Origin: a virus
IMG/VR virus record: IMGVR_UViG_3300032287_003712
Coordinates: 3,429 to 67,428 of that record
DNA length: 64,000 nucleotides
Reading direction: 5' to 3' (one strand)
Below, piece after piece: positions 38,958 to 49,323 of this stretch. Position 1 is the first letter of the stretch. Each line of letters starts with the position of its first letter. The notes beneath the pieces are model-generated. The model did no database searches. It had not been told where the DNA came from and was given only the letters and a program-made list of their open reading frames with translations. Made by a program: the position numbers and the translations under genes.

Positions 38958-41300
38958 ATGACCGTTTTATCCGGATACTACCAGCTGCCTGAGGGTATCA
39001 GTACTGCTGGTCTCACCGCCACTGAAGTCGAATTATTAGATTTTTCGACTGGTCAGCTCCTGGTTGAATCCGGTACGAGCACGGTATTAACAGCTACAGA
39101 AGATATTGTCGTTGCATCTGGCGCCTTATCCGTGCCGGTTGTTATCAACAATACCTCCGAGTCTGTAATCTCCGTAAATGCGCCTAACTACGGGCAGCCT
39201 AGCGCCGTTTCTACGTCTCTTCTGGGCATACCTAAAGAGGAGACCAAACTTGCAATTTTTGAATCTGTAAATACTTACGGCGCGAACTCTCAATATTGGG
39301 GCTCATATGCAAGTTATACGTACTTTCAAGACCCTTCAGCGTGGACGTTTAGGGACACGTACGGATATTTTGCTCAGTCTCTGACAACTGAGGCTGCATT
39401 ACAGGCCTACGTGTACCCGGTGCCCGTCAGTTTCACGTATACTTACGACGATAATACAGGTCGTTACCCTGGCGGCTACACTAACGGTGTACAGACTGCT
39501 ATTTGGCGCACTAAGAAGAATTTTCGATACCAGCCTGGCCGGATCACGGGCGTCACACTTGGCGTTCGTATGTCTACGAACAGCCAGTTACCTGGCGAAG
39601 TGATTCAATGGGGCGTCAAGAACGATGTTGGCGACGGGTATTACTTCCAACTTGAGCGCGGCACGGATCTCTACATCGTCAGAACGTCCCCCGATTTAGG
39701 GACTTTAAAAGTTGCCCGTGACGACTGGAACGGCGACCCGATCACAGCAACTAGCCCCGCGGCGTGGAACTTAGATTTATCTAAAACCACCATGTTTGCC
39801 ATCGAGTTTGGTTGGTATGGTGCTATCGGTGCTCGTTTCCTAGCTTACGTTCCTAGCGCATACAGAGATTCTCGCTGGGTCGTGCTGCATGAAATTACAG
39901 CATGTAACGAATACGCGTATCCGAGCCTTCGTTCGCCGTTCATGTACGTGTTCGGCCAAGTTCAATCTGTTGCTGGCGCAACCCAACCAACATTTATAAA
40001 CCTTTACGGGTCCAGCGTTTACATCGATGGCGGCGACAAAGGTACGATTAACGTTAATAGTGCCGCTACTCCTACGCCGCTCTTAGTTGATTCAAAAGAA
40101 CGTACGTTACTAGGGCTTCAGATCCGACCCACTGTTAATAACGTTACAAACGTTCAAACAGCGTATCCGATTAGTGCAACGGCTACTGCTGATGTCGACG
40201 CAAAACTCAGTTTTGTATTTGCCCCTAATCGAACTACAGATATAAACTATTCTCCCGGTTACGGCACAATTTTAAGTCGAGGGGCTAGCGCACCTATTAC
40301 CGTAACTTGTCCGACTCCGACGACACTTAGCGGGTCGTTCCCGAATATCTCCGGTGAACTCAGCGGCACTTTGACGTATACGACGGGACGCCGCGTCAAA
40401 GTTGTTGGCGCCGGCATCTACGCCACTCATGTTCAGTCCGTCAGTGCCGACGGACGTGTCGTTACCGTCACTTCTCCTCAGGATTTGCCCTCTGGTACGA
40501 CGTCGGTCACGTTATCTCGATTCAACGCGTGGGCGCTAAGTAGCGGCACAATTTCGTCTGGAGTAACTCAAGGCTCTATTTATTACACAGATGGCGGCGG
40601 CTATTGGCGAATTGGACTTGTTCCTAACGCATCGGGCACCACGTACAACACGAACACGAACGTTGTCTGGGCTGCTACAAGTTATCCAGGCGTAAATTAC
40701 AACTTAGCAGGGCAGATTGTCGGCGAGTCGGCTTTCCCGCAAGACGACTACAGCACAAGTTTTACTATTACGTCCGGCACTAGCTCGACGATTACTGCCG
40801 GCGGCCAAACTCTGACTCTTTCCGGCGTAACTAACCCGTACCCGGTCAAGATTGTCGTAGAAATGCAAGATAACTCTCAGTTATCTGATTTAGTTTATAC
40901 AACTGTCAGCTCTTCTGCTATTACGAGCGCCCCTGCAAACTCCACCGTCGCACTTACGGAGTGGACAACCAGCGGCGTGGCAATCACCTCAACCGACGCA
41001 GGCGGTCCTACGTACCGCTCAAATCAATTCAGCGTTCCGTCGAGCAATCGCTTGTCCGCATGTCTTGTCGATACGCAAGGATATAGAATTTTAGAAACGC
41101 CAGAACGCGTCGCTACTTATTTTGTGGCAAGCGGCCAAGTCGTCACGCTTGATCTATCGAACATCTTCGGTCCCGACAAACGGTACCTGGCTGGTCCCCT
41201 TACCAGTGTATTCAGCACAGGCTCTCTTTACTTAACTGGTCAAGCGCGTACAGGTTCTGGATTTGCTCAAGCAACTCTTAACTGGGAGGAGCAACAGTAA
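38958..41300 (+). CDS. virion structural protein, paralogue 2
   Basis: SLLGIPKEET, FRYQPGR, FGWYGAIGARF, YIDGGDKG and NWEEQ motifs. Confidence 0.7.
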   Translation: MTVLSGYYQLPEGISTAGLTATEVELLDFSTGQLLVESGTSTVLTATEDIVVASGALSVPVVINNTSESVISVNAPNYGQPSAVSTSLLGIPKEETKLAIFESVNTYGANSQYWGSYASYTYFQDPSAWTFRDTYGYFAQSLTTEAALQAYVYPVPVSFTYTYDDNTGRYPGGYTNGVQTAIWRTKKNFRYQPGRITGVTLGVRMSTNSQLPGEVIQWGVKNDVGDGYYFQLERGTDLYIVRTSPDLGTLKVARDDWNGDPITATSPAAWNLDLSKTTMFAIEFGWYGAIGARFLAYVPSAYRDSRWVVLHEITACNEYAYPSLRSPFMYVFGQVQSVAGATQPTFINLYGSSVYIDGGDKGTINVNSAATPTPLLVDSKERTLLGLQIRPTVNNVTNVQTAYPISATATADVDAKLSFVFAPNRTTDINYSPGYGTILSRGASAPITVTCPTPTTLSGSFPNISGELSGTLTYTTGRRVKVVGAGIYATHVQSVSADGRVVTVTSPQDLPSGTTSVTLSRFNAWALSSGTISSGVTQGSIYYTDGGGYWRIGLVPNASGTTYNTNTNVVWAATSYPGVNYNLAGQIVGESAFPQDDYSTSFTITSGTSSTITAGGQTLTLSGVTNPYPVKIVVEMQDNSQLSDLVYTTVSSSAITSAPANSTVALTEWTTSGVAITSTDAGGPTYRSNQFSVPSSNRLSACLVDTQGYRILETPERVATYFVASGQVVTLDLSNIFGPDKRYLAGPLTSVFSTGSLYLTGQARTGSGFAQATLNWEEQQ

Positions 41301-41851
41301 TGCCACAGACAGGCCTCGAAGCTGCCGAGAACCTACGGGATCTAACGAATACAACAACAGCATGGAATAACTTGGGCGCCGGCGTCACGTACGCGTCTGG
41401 TGTTTCTACAGTTACTCTTCAAATCGTTGCTGGCGACATGTACGCCGCTAGCGGCGCGGCGTGCGTTCCTAGACAAGATTTACTTCTCCTCCGAAATCTG
41501 AGCGATCGGGTTCAGCCCCGAATGACCACGATCTCCGGCGTGGTTGCCAGCGGTCTCGGGCTTCGCGATAAAGCTTTACCTAAATTAAATCCCACGTCCA
41601 GTGGATTTTTTGGCATTACTGAAGGTGTGCTTAGCGGCACAGCTCTTCGGATTAACGGTGTTGCTGTTACATCTCTGTCTACTACACCATTTACCGGCAC
41701 GACTGCAATATCTCCTATTAAGTTGGACACAATTCGTTTGAGTACGAATGTCCGCTGGGCCCAACCGGTTGTTTCAGGAACTTTAGCTAGCGGTGTTAAA
41801 GCTATTCCTGTTCAGTACGGCGGTTTTATAATGTATCTTAAAGCTGGCTGA
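41300..41851 (+). CDS. tail-associated protein
   Basis: GL.A..NL.DL.....AW.NLG N-terminal motif, shared with 41854 and 48229. Confidence 0.6.
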   Translation: MPQTGLEAAENLRDLTNTTTAWNNLGAGVTYASGVSTVTLQIVAGDMYAASGAACVPRQDLLLLRNLSDRVQPRMTTISGVVASGLGLRDKALPKLNPTSSGFFGITEGVLSGTALRINGVAVTSLSTTPFTGTTAISPIKLDTIRLSTNVRWAQPVVSGTLASGVKAIPVQYGGFIMYLKAG

Positions 41852-41853
41852 TT

Positions 41854-43200
41854 ATGGCGCTTTATCAGCGATACGGCTTACGTGCTGATTTAAATTTATC
41901 TGACGTCGCTAGTCGTAACACGACTTGGGATAACTTAGGGTTTACTCGATCTGATTTAGCGTGTTTAGTTAATACAGGCGCATCGGGTGTCACCGCTGCC
42001 GATTATATTGCTTGTTCTGGCCTTAGTTACAACTTAGAGACCCAAGTCGTCGCCGTCCTGCCGCGTGCCCTTAGCTACGTAAATCAACTTGGCCAATACG
42101 TTTCGACGTCTGGCGATACCCGCATCAACTCAATCTTTGCCAATACGGTCAACAACGACCGTGGCTACTACGACACCTCTAACTACATTTATTCAACTTC
42201 AACTAACACCTTTTTCTCTACCACTAATTCCTCTGGACTTTACACTCAGGAAGCTCAGTACTTACTCGGTCCGGTTCGCGCCACGACTGCGACCATTAGT
42301 GGTCTGAACTTCCGCGGCGATGCCAAGGATTTCAGCTCATACTACGTACAGTACAAGCAATATCTACAAATTCAAGAATCGCCATCTTTTGCTACTCGGT
42401 ATACGCCGACATACCTGGCGCCCCCGACTGCGTACGCATCCAACATTCTTTGGTTTGACTCGGAATACAGCGCCGTTTCAATTGACGGCAGCCGCCGCGT
42501 GGCCTCCTGGTCTGACGTCATGGGGCGCGGGTCGGCTGTACAGACAACTGACGCCAATAAACCGTTATACACGCTCAACTTGTTAAATAATAAGCCTGGC
42601 GTTGTTTTTGACGGATCGAACGACTTCTTAACGATTCCACAAGCCTCGATCCCGGTCACCGATGCGGCCACCGTGGTCATTATCGCACGCGTACAGGATA
42701 CTGAGTACAACATCATGGGCAACAGCCTTAACACGGCTGCTCGCTGGCGCAGTGCTTCTACTGGTGACGGAAACTTTGGACTGTTTGTTAAGCAAGCAGG
42801 TACCGCGACGACGCCCGTTCCAAACTTCCCCTCTGCGATGCCAGCTAACGGCACACTGTTGTTCAGCATCCGCGCTAACCGGGCGTTTGGTTTGACTTTT
42901 GACGTCAACAAAGCACGTAGCGTTCCGTATCCTGGCGGTCAATTTGAGTTCGTTAATACCGGCACGATGTATATCGGCACCGCTGTTGACGGTTCTAGCG
43001 GCGCCTTTAACGGGGAAATTTACGCTATTGCAATATTCAATGCTATTTTGTCGGACTTAGAACTCTCCAGCGTGGAAGAATATTTTGCATGGCGTTATAA
43101 TTTCGTGTATGACCCCGAACGATTCCAGCCCATAGAAGCTGAGCTAGAATCAGACGGAGACTTTAAGACTGAGAACTTCGTCTCGTTCCAGATTGGGTAA
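41854..43200 (+). CDS. tail protein with LamG/concanavalin-like domain
   Basis: LWFD, V.SW.D, NNKPGVVFDGSNDFL and FNGEIY...FN..LS..E...VE.Y. Confidence 0.7.
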   Translation: MALYQRYGLRADLNLSDVASRNTTWDNLGFTRSDLACLVNTGASGVTAADYIACSGLSYNLETQVVAVLPRALSYVNQLGQYVSTSGDTRINSIFANTVNNDRGYYDTSNYIYSTSTNTFFSTTNSSGLYTQEAQYLLGPVRATTATISGLNFRGDAKDFSSYYVQYKQYLQIQESPSFATRYTPTYLAPPTAYASNILWFDSEYSAVSIDGSRRVASWSDVMGRGSAVQTTDANKPLYTLNLLNNKPGVVFDGSNDFLTIPQASIPVTDAATVVIIARVQDTEYNIMGNSLNTAARWRSASTGDGNFGLFVKQAGTATTPVPNFPSAMPANGTLLFSIRANRAFGLTFDVNKARSVPYPGGQFEFVNTGTMYIGTAVDGSSGAFNGEIYAIAIFNAILSDLELSSVEEYFAWRYNFVYDPERFQPIEAELESDGDFKTENFVSFQIG

Positions 43201-43202
43201 TT

Positions 43203-45431
43203 ATGCCAGCGGGATCCGGAATCAGAATTAGCCAGCTTACCGACATTGGCTCTGGCTTAGCTCCTGGCGACCAGTTTATTCTCCGAGACGTTAGTGATGC
43301 TGTTACGCCTAACAAGGCTGTAACCATCAGTGGTTTATCTGCGTATTTCAACTTAGGTACTGCCGGCGGCGGTTCGTTTGTACCGAGCGAAGCCGAGGCT
43401 GAATCTGACGCCCGCATCCAGCGCGACGGTTATCAACGAAGCGGTTTCATCACGCGTGGGAACGCAGTTGTTTTTGCGTCGGGTATTCGCACAACGAGCA
43501 CCGTTGTTGACACGTTCCAAGTCGGCGATAGCACGGTTTCCTTTAACCCTGATGCGTCGTATCCGTACATTAATGCTTTCGGATACCCTCTGCGTGTTGA
43601 GTACGTAAACACTACTACAGCACTCACAAACCGGGTTCAACTGCCTCCCGCTTCGTCAGGCACTGAGACTTATAACACCACCACAAACGTCTATACGGTT
43701 TTTTCTGGGTATCAGCAAGCATTTGATACTGATACTCAGTCCATTACGTTTAACCAGGCTCAAACGCTTGCCGACAACACCGTTATTACTCAGTCGGGTA
43801 ACTACGATGTTCTGATTCTGTCGGCCACCGCTAGCGTGCCGGCCGGCTCCGTCGTGACCCAGTCTGGTATCACGGCCAGCGGCGTGGTCCGACGCAGTAC
43901 TTACGGTTCGTACGCGCTAGAGGTTTACCGGTTGTCGGCTAGCGGCTTCGCGGCGGCCGGTTCTGGTTATCAGTTAATTTCGACCGTTACGGGGTCCGGT
44001 CTCGGCTCCACTGTGTTCCCTAGTGGCGTCAGTACTTCTGGATTCCTTGCGTCTGGTCTGACCTTCGGTTCGATTACATCGAACGTTTCGGTCACGATGG
44101 ACGGCTTAACCAGCCAGCCGTTCGTGGCCATATCGGGGTTTGAGGTCTCCGGCAGCGGCGTTACCGCAGGTACTTATCTAACTACGGTCGGTTCGCGTAC
44201 CTCTAACGTCATTCTGAACCGTCAAGACCTCGTCGCGCTTGAGGTTTGGCACGAGAAAGTTAACGCACGAGACTACGTCTATCCGTACGGCAACATTCAA
44301 AACTCGTCGATAACTTACACGGCGCCAGACGGGACCTCGCTGTCGATGGCACCGCCTTCCAGTGGTACCGCCACGACTAATGGCAGTGGGTACGGCACAG
44401 AGTTTTCAACATACTGGGGCAGCGTCACGCATCGAGGTGCGGCTGTGCCTAGCTCGCAGACCTACAGCTTGTTCGGTAGCTGGCAGGCTGCTGGCGGTCT
44501 GGTCGGACGCGGCACGCGGTGGTCGACTCTGACGACGACGGCTCAGAAGAGCTTCGCCGCAGACCCGAATAACAACATGTATTTCAGTGATGACGGCGAC
44601 TTCGTGCAAGTCCGTTATCGCTTCAGGACCCTGGCCGGTTACGGCAGCGACTGGACTGGGTATGATCCGGCCCAACACGCCGACATCCGATACGAAAACG
44701 CTTGGAGTATGTATCTCCAAGGCCAGACCTCGTCTGCGTCGGGTGATTTCGAGAGTACGGACCGCTGGTCTCAGATCACCAGCCCGTATACCGACGACGG
44801 CCTGTGGCTGGGAACCCGTTTTGCGTACAACAACAAAGCGTACGCGCTGCCGATCGCGCTGGTCGCCCGCCGCAACCAGGGCGCTTATCACCCGCTGCTG
44901 AACCCCAGTGGCGCCGCCACGTTCATCAATACGAACGGTTCGACCGAAACGACTTACGCCACGACCGATCAATCCGTTCTGGCACCTGTCGATGCGTTCA
45001 AGTTTGTTAAAGCTGGTGAAGGTGCTATTGGTCAGACCAGCGGCCGTGATGACGGCTATTTCTATGACGGCATTGTGTGGGTCGACATTAACGACCAGCG
45101 CAAGCAAGCGTTTAATGATCTGACGTATAACATCGCGGGCACGGAGCCGGACAACGTGCCGCTGGTCGGCATGCTGGGCCAGCTTGCGTTCATGGACGAC
45201 TACGCGCCCGCAGGTATGCGCCCGGCCGGCGGCGGTTTGGATTATTTCCAAGTGATCGCGTCCGGTACGACGGGTAGCGGTGTGCTGGCGATGAACAACG
45301 TTCAGGTCAGCGGCACCGCTTCGGGTCTGTTTACTACCGTTGTAAATAAACCCGGTACTCAATCCGCTGCCAGCACATGGGTCAGCGTGGTTATTGACGG
45401 TACTCAGTTCTATATGCCTGCCTGGCGCTGA
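43203..45431 (+). CDS. long tail fibre/spike protein
   Basis: RISQL N-terminus, S/T/G-rich, 742 aa, in the tail module. Confidence 0.65.
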   Translation: MPAGSGIRISQLTDIGSGLAPGDQFILRDVSDAVTPNKAVTISGLSAYFNLGTAGGGSFVPSEAEAESDARIQRDGYQRSGFITRGNAVVFASGIRTTSTVVDTFQVGDSTVSFNPDASYPYINAFGYPLRVEYVNTTTALTNRVQLPPASSGTETYNTTTNVYTVFSGYQQAFDTDTQSITFNQAQTLADNTVITQSGNYDVLILSATASVPAGSVVTQSGITASGVVRRSTYGSYALEVYRLSASGFAAAGSGYQLISTVTGSGLGSTVFPSGVSTSGFLASGLTFGSITSNVSVTMDGLTSQPFVAISGFEVSGSGVTAGTYLTTVGSRTSNVILNRQDLVALEVWHEKVNARDYVYPYGNIQNSSITYTAPDGTSLSMAPPSSGTATTNGSGYGTEFSTYWGSVTHRGAAVPSSQTYSLFGSWQAAGGLVGRGTRWSTLTTTAQKSFAADPNNNMYFSDDGDFVQVRYRFRTLAGYGSDWTGYDPAQHADIRYENAWSMYLQGQTSSASGDFESTDRWSQITSPYTDDGLWLGTRFAYNNKAYALPIALVARRNQGAYHPLLNPSGAATFINTNGSTETTYATTDQSVLAPVDAFKFVKAGEGAIGQTSGRDDGYFYDGIVWVDINDQRKQAFNDLTYNIAGTEPDNVPLVGMLGQLAFMDDYAPAGMRPAGGGLDYFQVIASGTTGSGVLAMNNVQVSGTASGLFTTVVNKPGTQSAASTWVSVVIDGTQFYMPAWR

Positions 45432-45433
45432 TC

Positions 45434-46654
45434 ATGAGTGATTATCCGACATCCCGTCCGCGCTTAGTACTTGATTTTGCTAATTCGAAAAAGCTAGATC
45501 GTCGAATTACATTTCGTCGGTCCTCGTCCGGTACTTATGTTGGCGCGGACGGGTTAATTAAGACTGCGAATATTGATCAGCCTCGGTTCGATCACGACCC
45601 GGTTACTGGGCAGAGTTTGGGGTTGTTGGTGGAAGAGAGTAGGACGAATTCTTGGACATACAGCGAACAACTTGAAAATGCAGCGTGGACAAAGACTGAC
45701 ACAACAGTAACAGCAAATTCAGCAACTGCCCCAGACGGAACAACTACAGCAAGCAAAATTACTTCTACTGCGACGACTGCCGTACATAGCATCTCTCGCC
45801 TCAAAACAGTTGTATCTCCCGCATGGGTAACGGTTTATCTAAAGGCAGCCGAATATACTATTTGCGATGTATACGATGTAAATATCGACACAGGGTTTCG
45901 TATCAACTTGTTGACGGGTGCTCTTTCTGAATCTCCTGCTTTTGTAGGCAAGTTTATAAGTGGGAGATACGGCATTAGTTCCGCCGGAAACGGTTGGTTC
46001 CGTGTGCAACTTGGTTTAGCTACCTCAGACGCAACAGTAAATAATCCTGTACGCATTTATCCCAACGGCGCTCAAAGCTATTTAGGGGATGGCACTTCCG
46101 GCATTCTTGTCTGGGGCGCCCAGCTAGAAGCCGGCGCCTTCCCCACCTCCTACATCCCCACGGCGGGCTCAACCGTAACCCGCAGCGCGGATCTGGCGAG
46201 TATTACGGGGACGAATTTTAGTTCGTGGTATAACTTTAACGAAGGTTCGTTATGTGTAGAAACGCCTCAAGGTTTAGTTTTGCCTACATCAGCTAACACT
46301 ACGGTATTAGGGTTTTCTGCCGGAACTTTATCTGCCAGTTTGTCAACAGGCGACGGGATTAAATACGGTAGTGGAAACACTGGTACAAATACTAGAGTTC
46401 AAATTATCACTAACAGCAGCACGGTTTTTGATAACGGTTCCTCTACTAACGCTCGTAAAGTCTTAATTAGTTATAAAAAAGATAATTTTGCTATTGCGAG
46501 AAACGGCGTTTTAGGAGTAGACAATAGCGGGGACGTGCCACTTACTGTCGATAGATTTACTTTACGAGCCGGAGGGGCCACTTCTTACTCTCGTATTCTT
46601 TACTGGCCCAAACGCCTGCCCGACTCCCAGCTCATCGCCCTAACCCGGCGCTAA
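45434..46654 (+). CDS. tail fibre/receptor-binding-like protein, paralogue B
   Basis: Same conserved blocks as 3556 and 47069. Confidence 0.75.
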   Translation: MSDYPTSRPRLVLDFANSKKLDRRITFRRSSSGTYVGADGLIKTANIDQPRFDHDPVTGQSLGLLVEESRTNSWTYSEQLENAAWTKTDTTVTANSATAPDGTTTASKITSTATTAVHSISRLKTVVSPAWVTVYLKAAEYTICDVYDVNIDTGFRINLLTGALSESPAFVGKFISGRYGISSAGNGWFRVQLGLATSDATVNNPVRIYPNGAQSYLGDGTSGILVWGAQLEAGAFPTSYIPTAGSTVTRSADLASITGTNFSSWYNFNEGSLCVETPQGLVLPTSANTTVLGFSAGTLSASLSTGDGIKYGSGNTGTNTRVQIITNSSTVFDNGSSTNARKVLISYKKDNFAIARNGVLGVDNSGDVPLTVDRFTLRAGGATSYSRILYWPKRLPDSQLIALTRR

Positions 46655-46680
46655 ACTGACTAATAACCCCACACAGCACA

Positions 46681-47064
46681 ATGTACGCCGCATATTACTT
46701 ACGTTTTGCAGACGAGACGGAAGGCAACACAGTACTGAGTGCTGTTGGATATCGTACGTGTCAAATGGTGCCGGCGCCCCCGGCGGAGCCGGTAGAAGGC
46801 GAACCCCCAGCCGAAGACCCTGCGCCCGAAGTCGAACAGTGCTGGTACACGACCGGCGAACAAGACGGCGCCGTGGACATTGTCGGCACTCTGTATAACA
46901 ACGACGCCGTTATCGATCCGGATACCGGCGAAACCATCACGCCGCCGACCCCCATCCCCGGCTGGCACGTCAATATCGCACTGTCCGGCGCCCTGCCCGC
47001 CGACCTGCAATCTTATCTTGTTGAACCTCAGCACCCCCGTCGCATTTTCGCTGGTTTAGGTTGA
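46681..47064 (+). CDS. fibre-associated small protein (putative chaperone/tip)
   Basis: YLRFADE...DIVGT...GWHVN...P..P.RIFAG, located between fibre paralogues. Confidence 0.6.
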   Translation: MYAAYYLRFADETEGNTVLSAVGYRTCQMVPAPPAEPVEGEPPAEDPAPEVEQCWYTTGEQDGAVDIVGTLYNNDAVIDPDTGETITPPTPIPGWHVNIALSGALPADLQSYLVEPQHPRRIFAGLG

Positions 47065-47068
47065 TCCG

Positions 47069-48187
47069 ATGTCTGATTATCCGTCGATTCGCCCCAGCCT
47101 TAATTTAAATTTTGCGCGGACGAAGAAGCTTGACCCGCGTATTACGTTTCGGCGGTCGTCGACGGGTACGTATGTTGATTCGGATGGGTTGATTAAGACT
47201 GCGGGGATTAATGTCCCGCGGTTTGACCACAACCCCACCACGGGCGAAAGCCTGGGGCTGTTGGTGGAGGAGGCGAGGACGAATGTAGTTACCTATAGCG
47301 TGATTGACGCTACCAATTGGACTACAACTGACGGAGCAACAATCACGGCCAACGCTGCGGTTGCACCCGATGGAACCCTTACAGCAGCATTAGTTACATT
47401 TCCAGGAGCTAATGTTCCCAGAATCAATAGATCTTTAACTGTTGGGGCGGGAACCGTTACTCAAACAGTATGGCTCAAGGCTGTCACTGGAACCGTGTCG
47501 ATACGGGTCGGCAATCCAAGCGATTACGGTGCCAACCAAACGATAGGAACTACTTGGACTCGCGTATCCGCTTCCTACGCATCCGGTAGCAATTCGTTTG
47601 GCATTTATTGCTCTAGCCCTGTATCAGCAGCATCGTTCTATGCCTGGGGTGCCCAGATGGAACTTGGCTCCTTCCCCACCTCCTACATCCCCACGACCGC
47701 ATCAACCGTAACCCGCAGCTTGGATTTGGCGAGTATGACGGGGACGAACTTCAGCTCGTGGTATAACCAGAGCGAGGGAAGTTTATTAACAATCGCAGCA
47801 TTTCCGGCAAGCGGCACCCGTGGTCTGGCTCAAATAGCCTCTAATAGTCCTTCTTCAAATGTAATTGGAAATATAGTCGTAAATAACGCCGATCCTCGAT
47901 TGAGAGTAGTATCAAATTCAATCCAACAAGCCGAGATACAATCAGGAGGTCCGTATCTTTCAAATTCTATATGCAAACTTGTTTCTAGATTTTCGTTAAA
48001 TGATTTCGCTGTTTGTTTTAACGGCGGTAGTCTTACTTTTGATAAATCTGGGTCATTACCTATTGTTGATAGATTGGGTATTGGGCGTGATTTTGTATCT
48101 GGATTTTTGAACGGCACCATTTCCCGCATCGCCTATTGGCCAAAACGCCTACCCGACGCGCAGCTCCAAGCCCTAACCCGGCGCTAA
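47069..48187 (+). CDS. tail fibre/receptor-binding-like protein, paralogue C
   Basis: Same conserved blocks. The C-terminal module is homologous to paralogue A. Confidence 0.75.
   Translation: MSDYPSIRPSLNLNFARTKKLDPRITFRRSSTGTYVDSDGLIKTAGINVPRFDHNPTTGESLGLLVEEARTNVVTYSVIDATNWTTTDGATITANAAVAPDGTLTAALVTFPGANVPRINRSLTVGAGTVTQTVWLKAVTGTVSIRVGNPSDYGANQTIGTTWTRVSASYASGSNSFGIYCSSPVSAASFYAWGAQMELGSFPTSYIPTTASTVTRSLDLASMTGTNFSSWYNQSEGSLLTIAAFPASGTRGLAQIASNSPSSNVIGNIVVNNADPRLRVVSNSIQQAEIQSGGPYLSNSICKLVSRFSLNDFAVCFNGGSLTFDKSGSLPIVDRLGIGRDFVSGFLNGTISRIAYWPKRLPDAQLQALTRR
47132..47179 (+). repeat. 48-bp perfect inverted repeat of 4681..4728
   Basis: GACCCGCGTATTACGTTTCGGCGGTCGTCGACGGGTACGTATGTTGAT occurs here and as its reverse complement at 4681. 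Confidence 0.9.
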
Positions 48188-48228
48188 TTAAATGCCTAGA
48201 TTTAAAATAATGTATATGCCTGACTGAC

Positions 48229-48756
48229 ATGCCGGTCGGATTATTACGCGATAACAACTTATCTGATCTTCCGGATCGCCAGCAGGCGCTCCGAAATCTC
48301 GGGTTTTCGGACACAGCCATCCGCAACCTAAATGGCGTGGCGTTTCCGGGCGGCGTTCGCGCTGTCGATATTCAACGAATCTCGAACTCCAGCGGCAATT
48401 ACCAGGGGCAGCTGGACGGTTTCAATATCAATCTAAATAGTATAAATTTTTCTCAATACGTCTTACGCGCTGGCGATACGATCTCCGGCACCTGGACTAA
48501 CTACGGCCGGATTCAAGCACGAGCGTTTTACGCCAACGGCGTGGTCCGCACACCCTCTACCGACTCGGTGTTTAGCCACAACCGAGACGGGCAATTTGAG
48601 TTAACTACCGCGACGATTAATTACAACCGGGGCGTCAGCACAGTCAATATTGCCGATTTCGACAACGCAATTATGAGCGGTGTGTTAGTTCCTAATAAGA
48701 TTATGCCTGTTCAAATTAATGGTGTATCTTACAACTTAGAGACGGTTGCGCTTTAA
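48229..48756 (+). CDS. tail-associated protein
   Basis: GL..DNNLSDL.D...A..NLG motif. Confidence 0.6.
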   Translation: MPVGLLRDNNLSDLPDRQQALRNLGFSDTAIRNLNGVAFPGGVRAVDIQRISNSSGNYQGQLDGFNINLNSINFSQYVLRAGDTISGTWTNYGRIQARAFYANGVVRTPSTDSVFSHNRDGQFELTTATINYNRGVSTVNIADFDNAIMSGVLVPNKIMPVQINGVSYNLETVAL

Positions 48757-48782
48757 AATTAGATATATCGAACTGAGCAGCA

Positions 48783-49292
48783 GTGCCTAACCGTAATATC
48801 TTTTCTCGTAGCTACACCGGCTTTAACTCCGGCGGCACCGAGGTATTCGTAATTGACGGCGCAGGGGTATCAACCACTCTGCCTACAACTCGTACGTTTA
48901 CAGCTGGCGAGCCTCTAATTCAAGGTGATTTTGTCTACGTCAGCGGCACTCAGGTTCTTAAAGCCTCTGCTTTGAGCGGCGTGGCCGCGACCCGTTACGG
49001 CGTAATTGGCGCCACGACTTCTGCGGCCTCGACAGGTAGCGGCGTTTCTGTCAGCACTGACGGAGTTGTGACCGTCAGTTCCGCCAACATTACCGCGGAT
49101 GTGTCCTTAGTTCCTGGCCAGTATTACTATTTGTCGAAGTATTCCGGACAAATTACTCGGTATGCGACGGCGTCCGGAACTGTTACTTTATCTGGCACAA
49201 ACCAGTATCAAGCTGCTGTAAATGTTGGTGTTGCCGTCAGCAACACGGAACTCGAACTTGAAATCCAACCGCCCATAGTTCTTTATTACTGA
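48783..49292 (+). CDS. virion structural protein
   Basis: FTAGE.L..GD.VY...L.PG..YYLS, similar to the N-terminus of 34916. Confidence 0.6.
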   Translation: MPNRNIFSRSYTGFNSGGTEVFVIDGAGVSTTLPTTRTFTAGEPLIQGDFVYVSGTQVLKASALSGVAATRYGVIGATTSAASTGSGVSVSTDGVVTVSSANITADVSLVPGQYYYLSKYSGQITRYATASGTVTLSGTNQYQAAVNVGVAVSNTELELEIQPPIVLYY

Positions 49293-49323
49293 TTAGCTAT
49301 GATGGTGAAAGGAGACTAAGATT

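Noticed and set aside
44406-45362. 318-aa antisense ORF as a real gene
   Set aside because: It lies wholly opposite a fibre gene, has no recognisable motif, and is explained by codon bias suppressing antisense stops.
45434-48187. Diversity-generating retroelement or invertase shufflon acting on the fibre paralogues
   Set aside because: No reverse transcriptase or site-specific recombinase in the window, and no TR/VR pair with adenine-only differences was seen.
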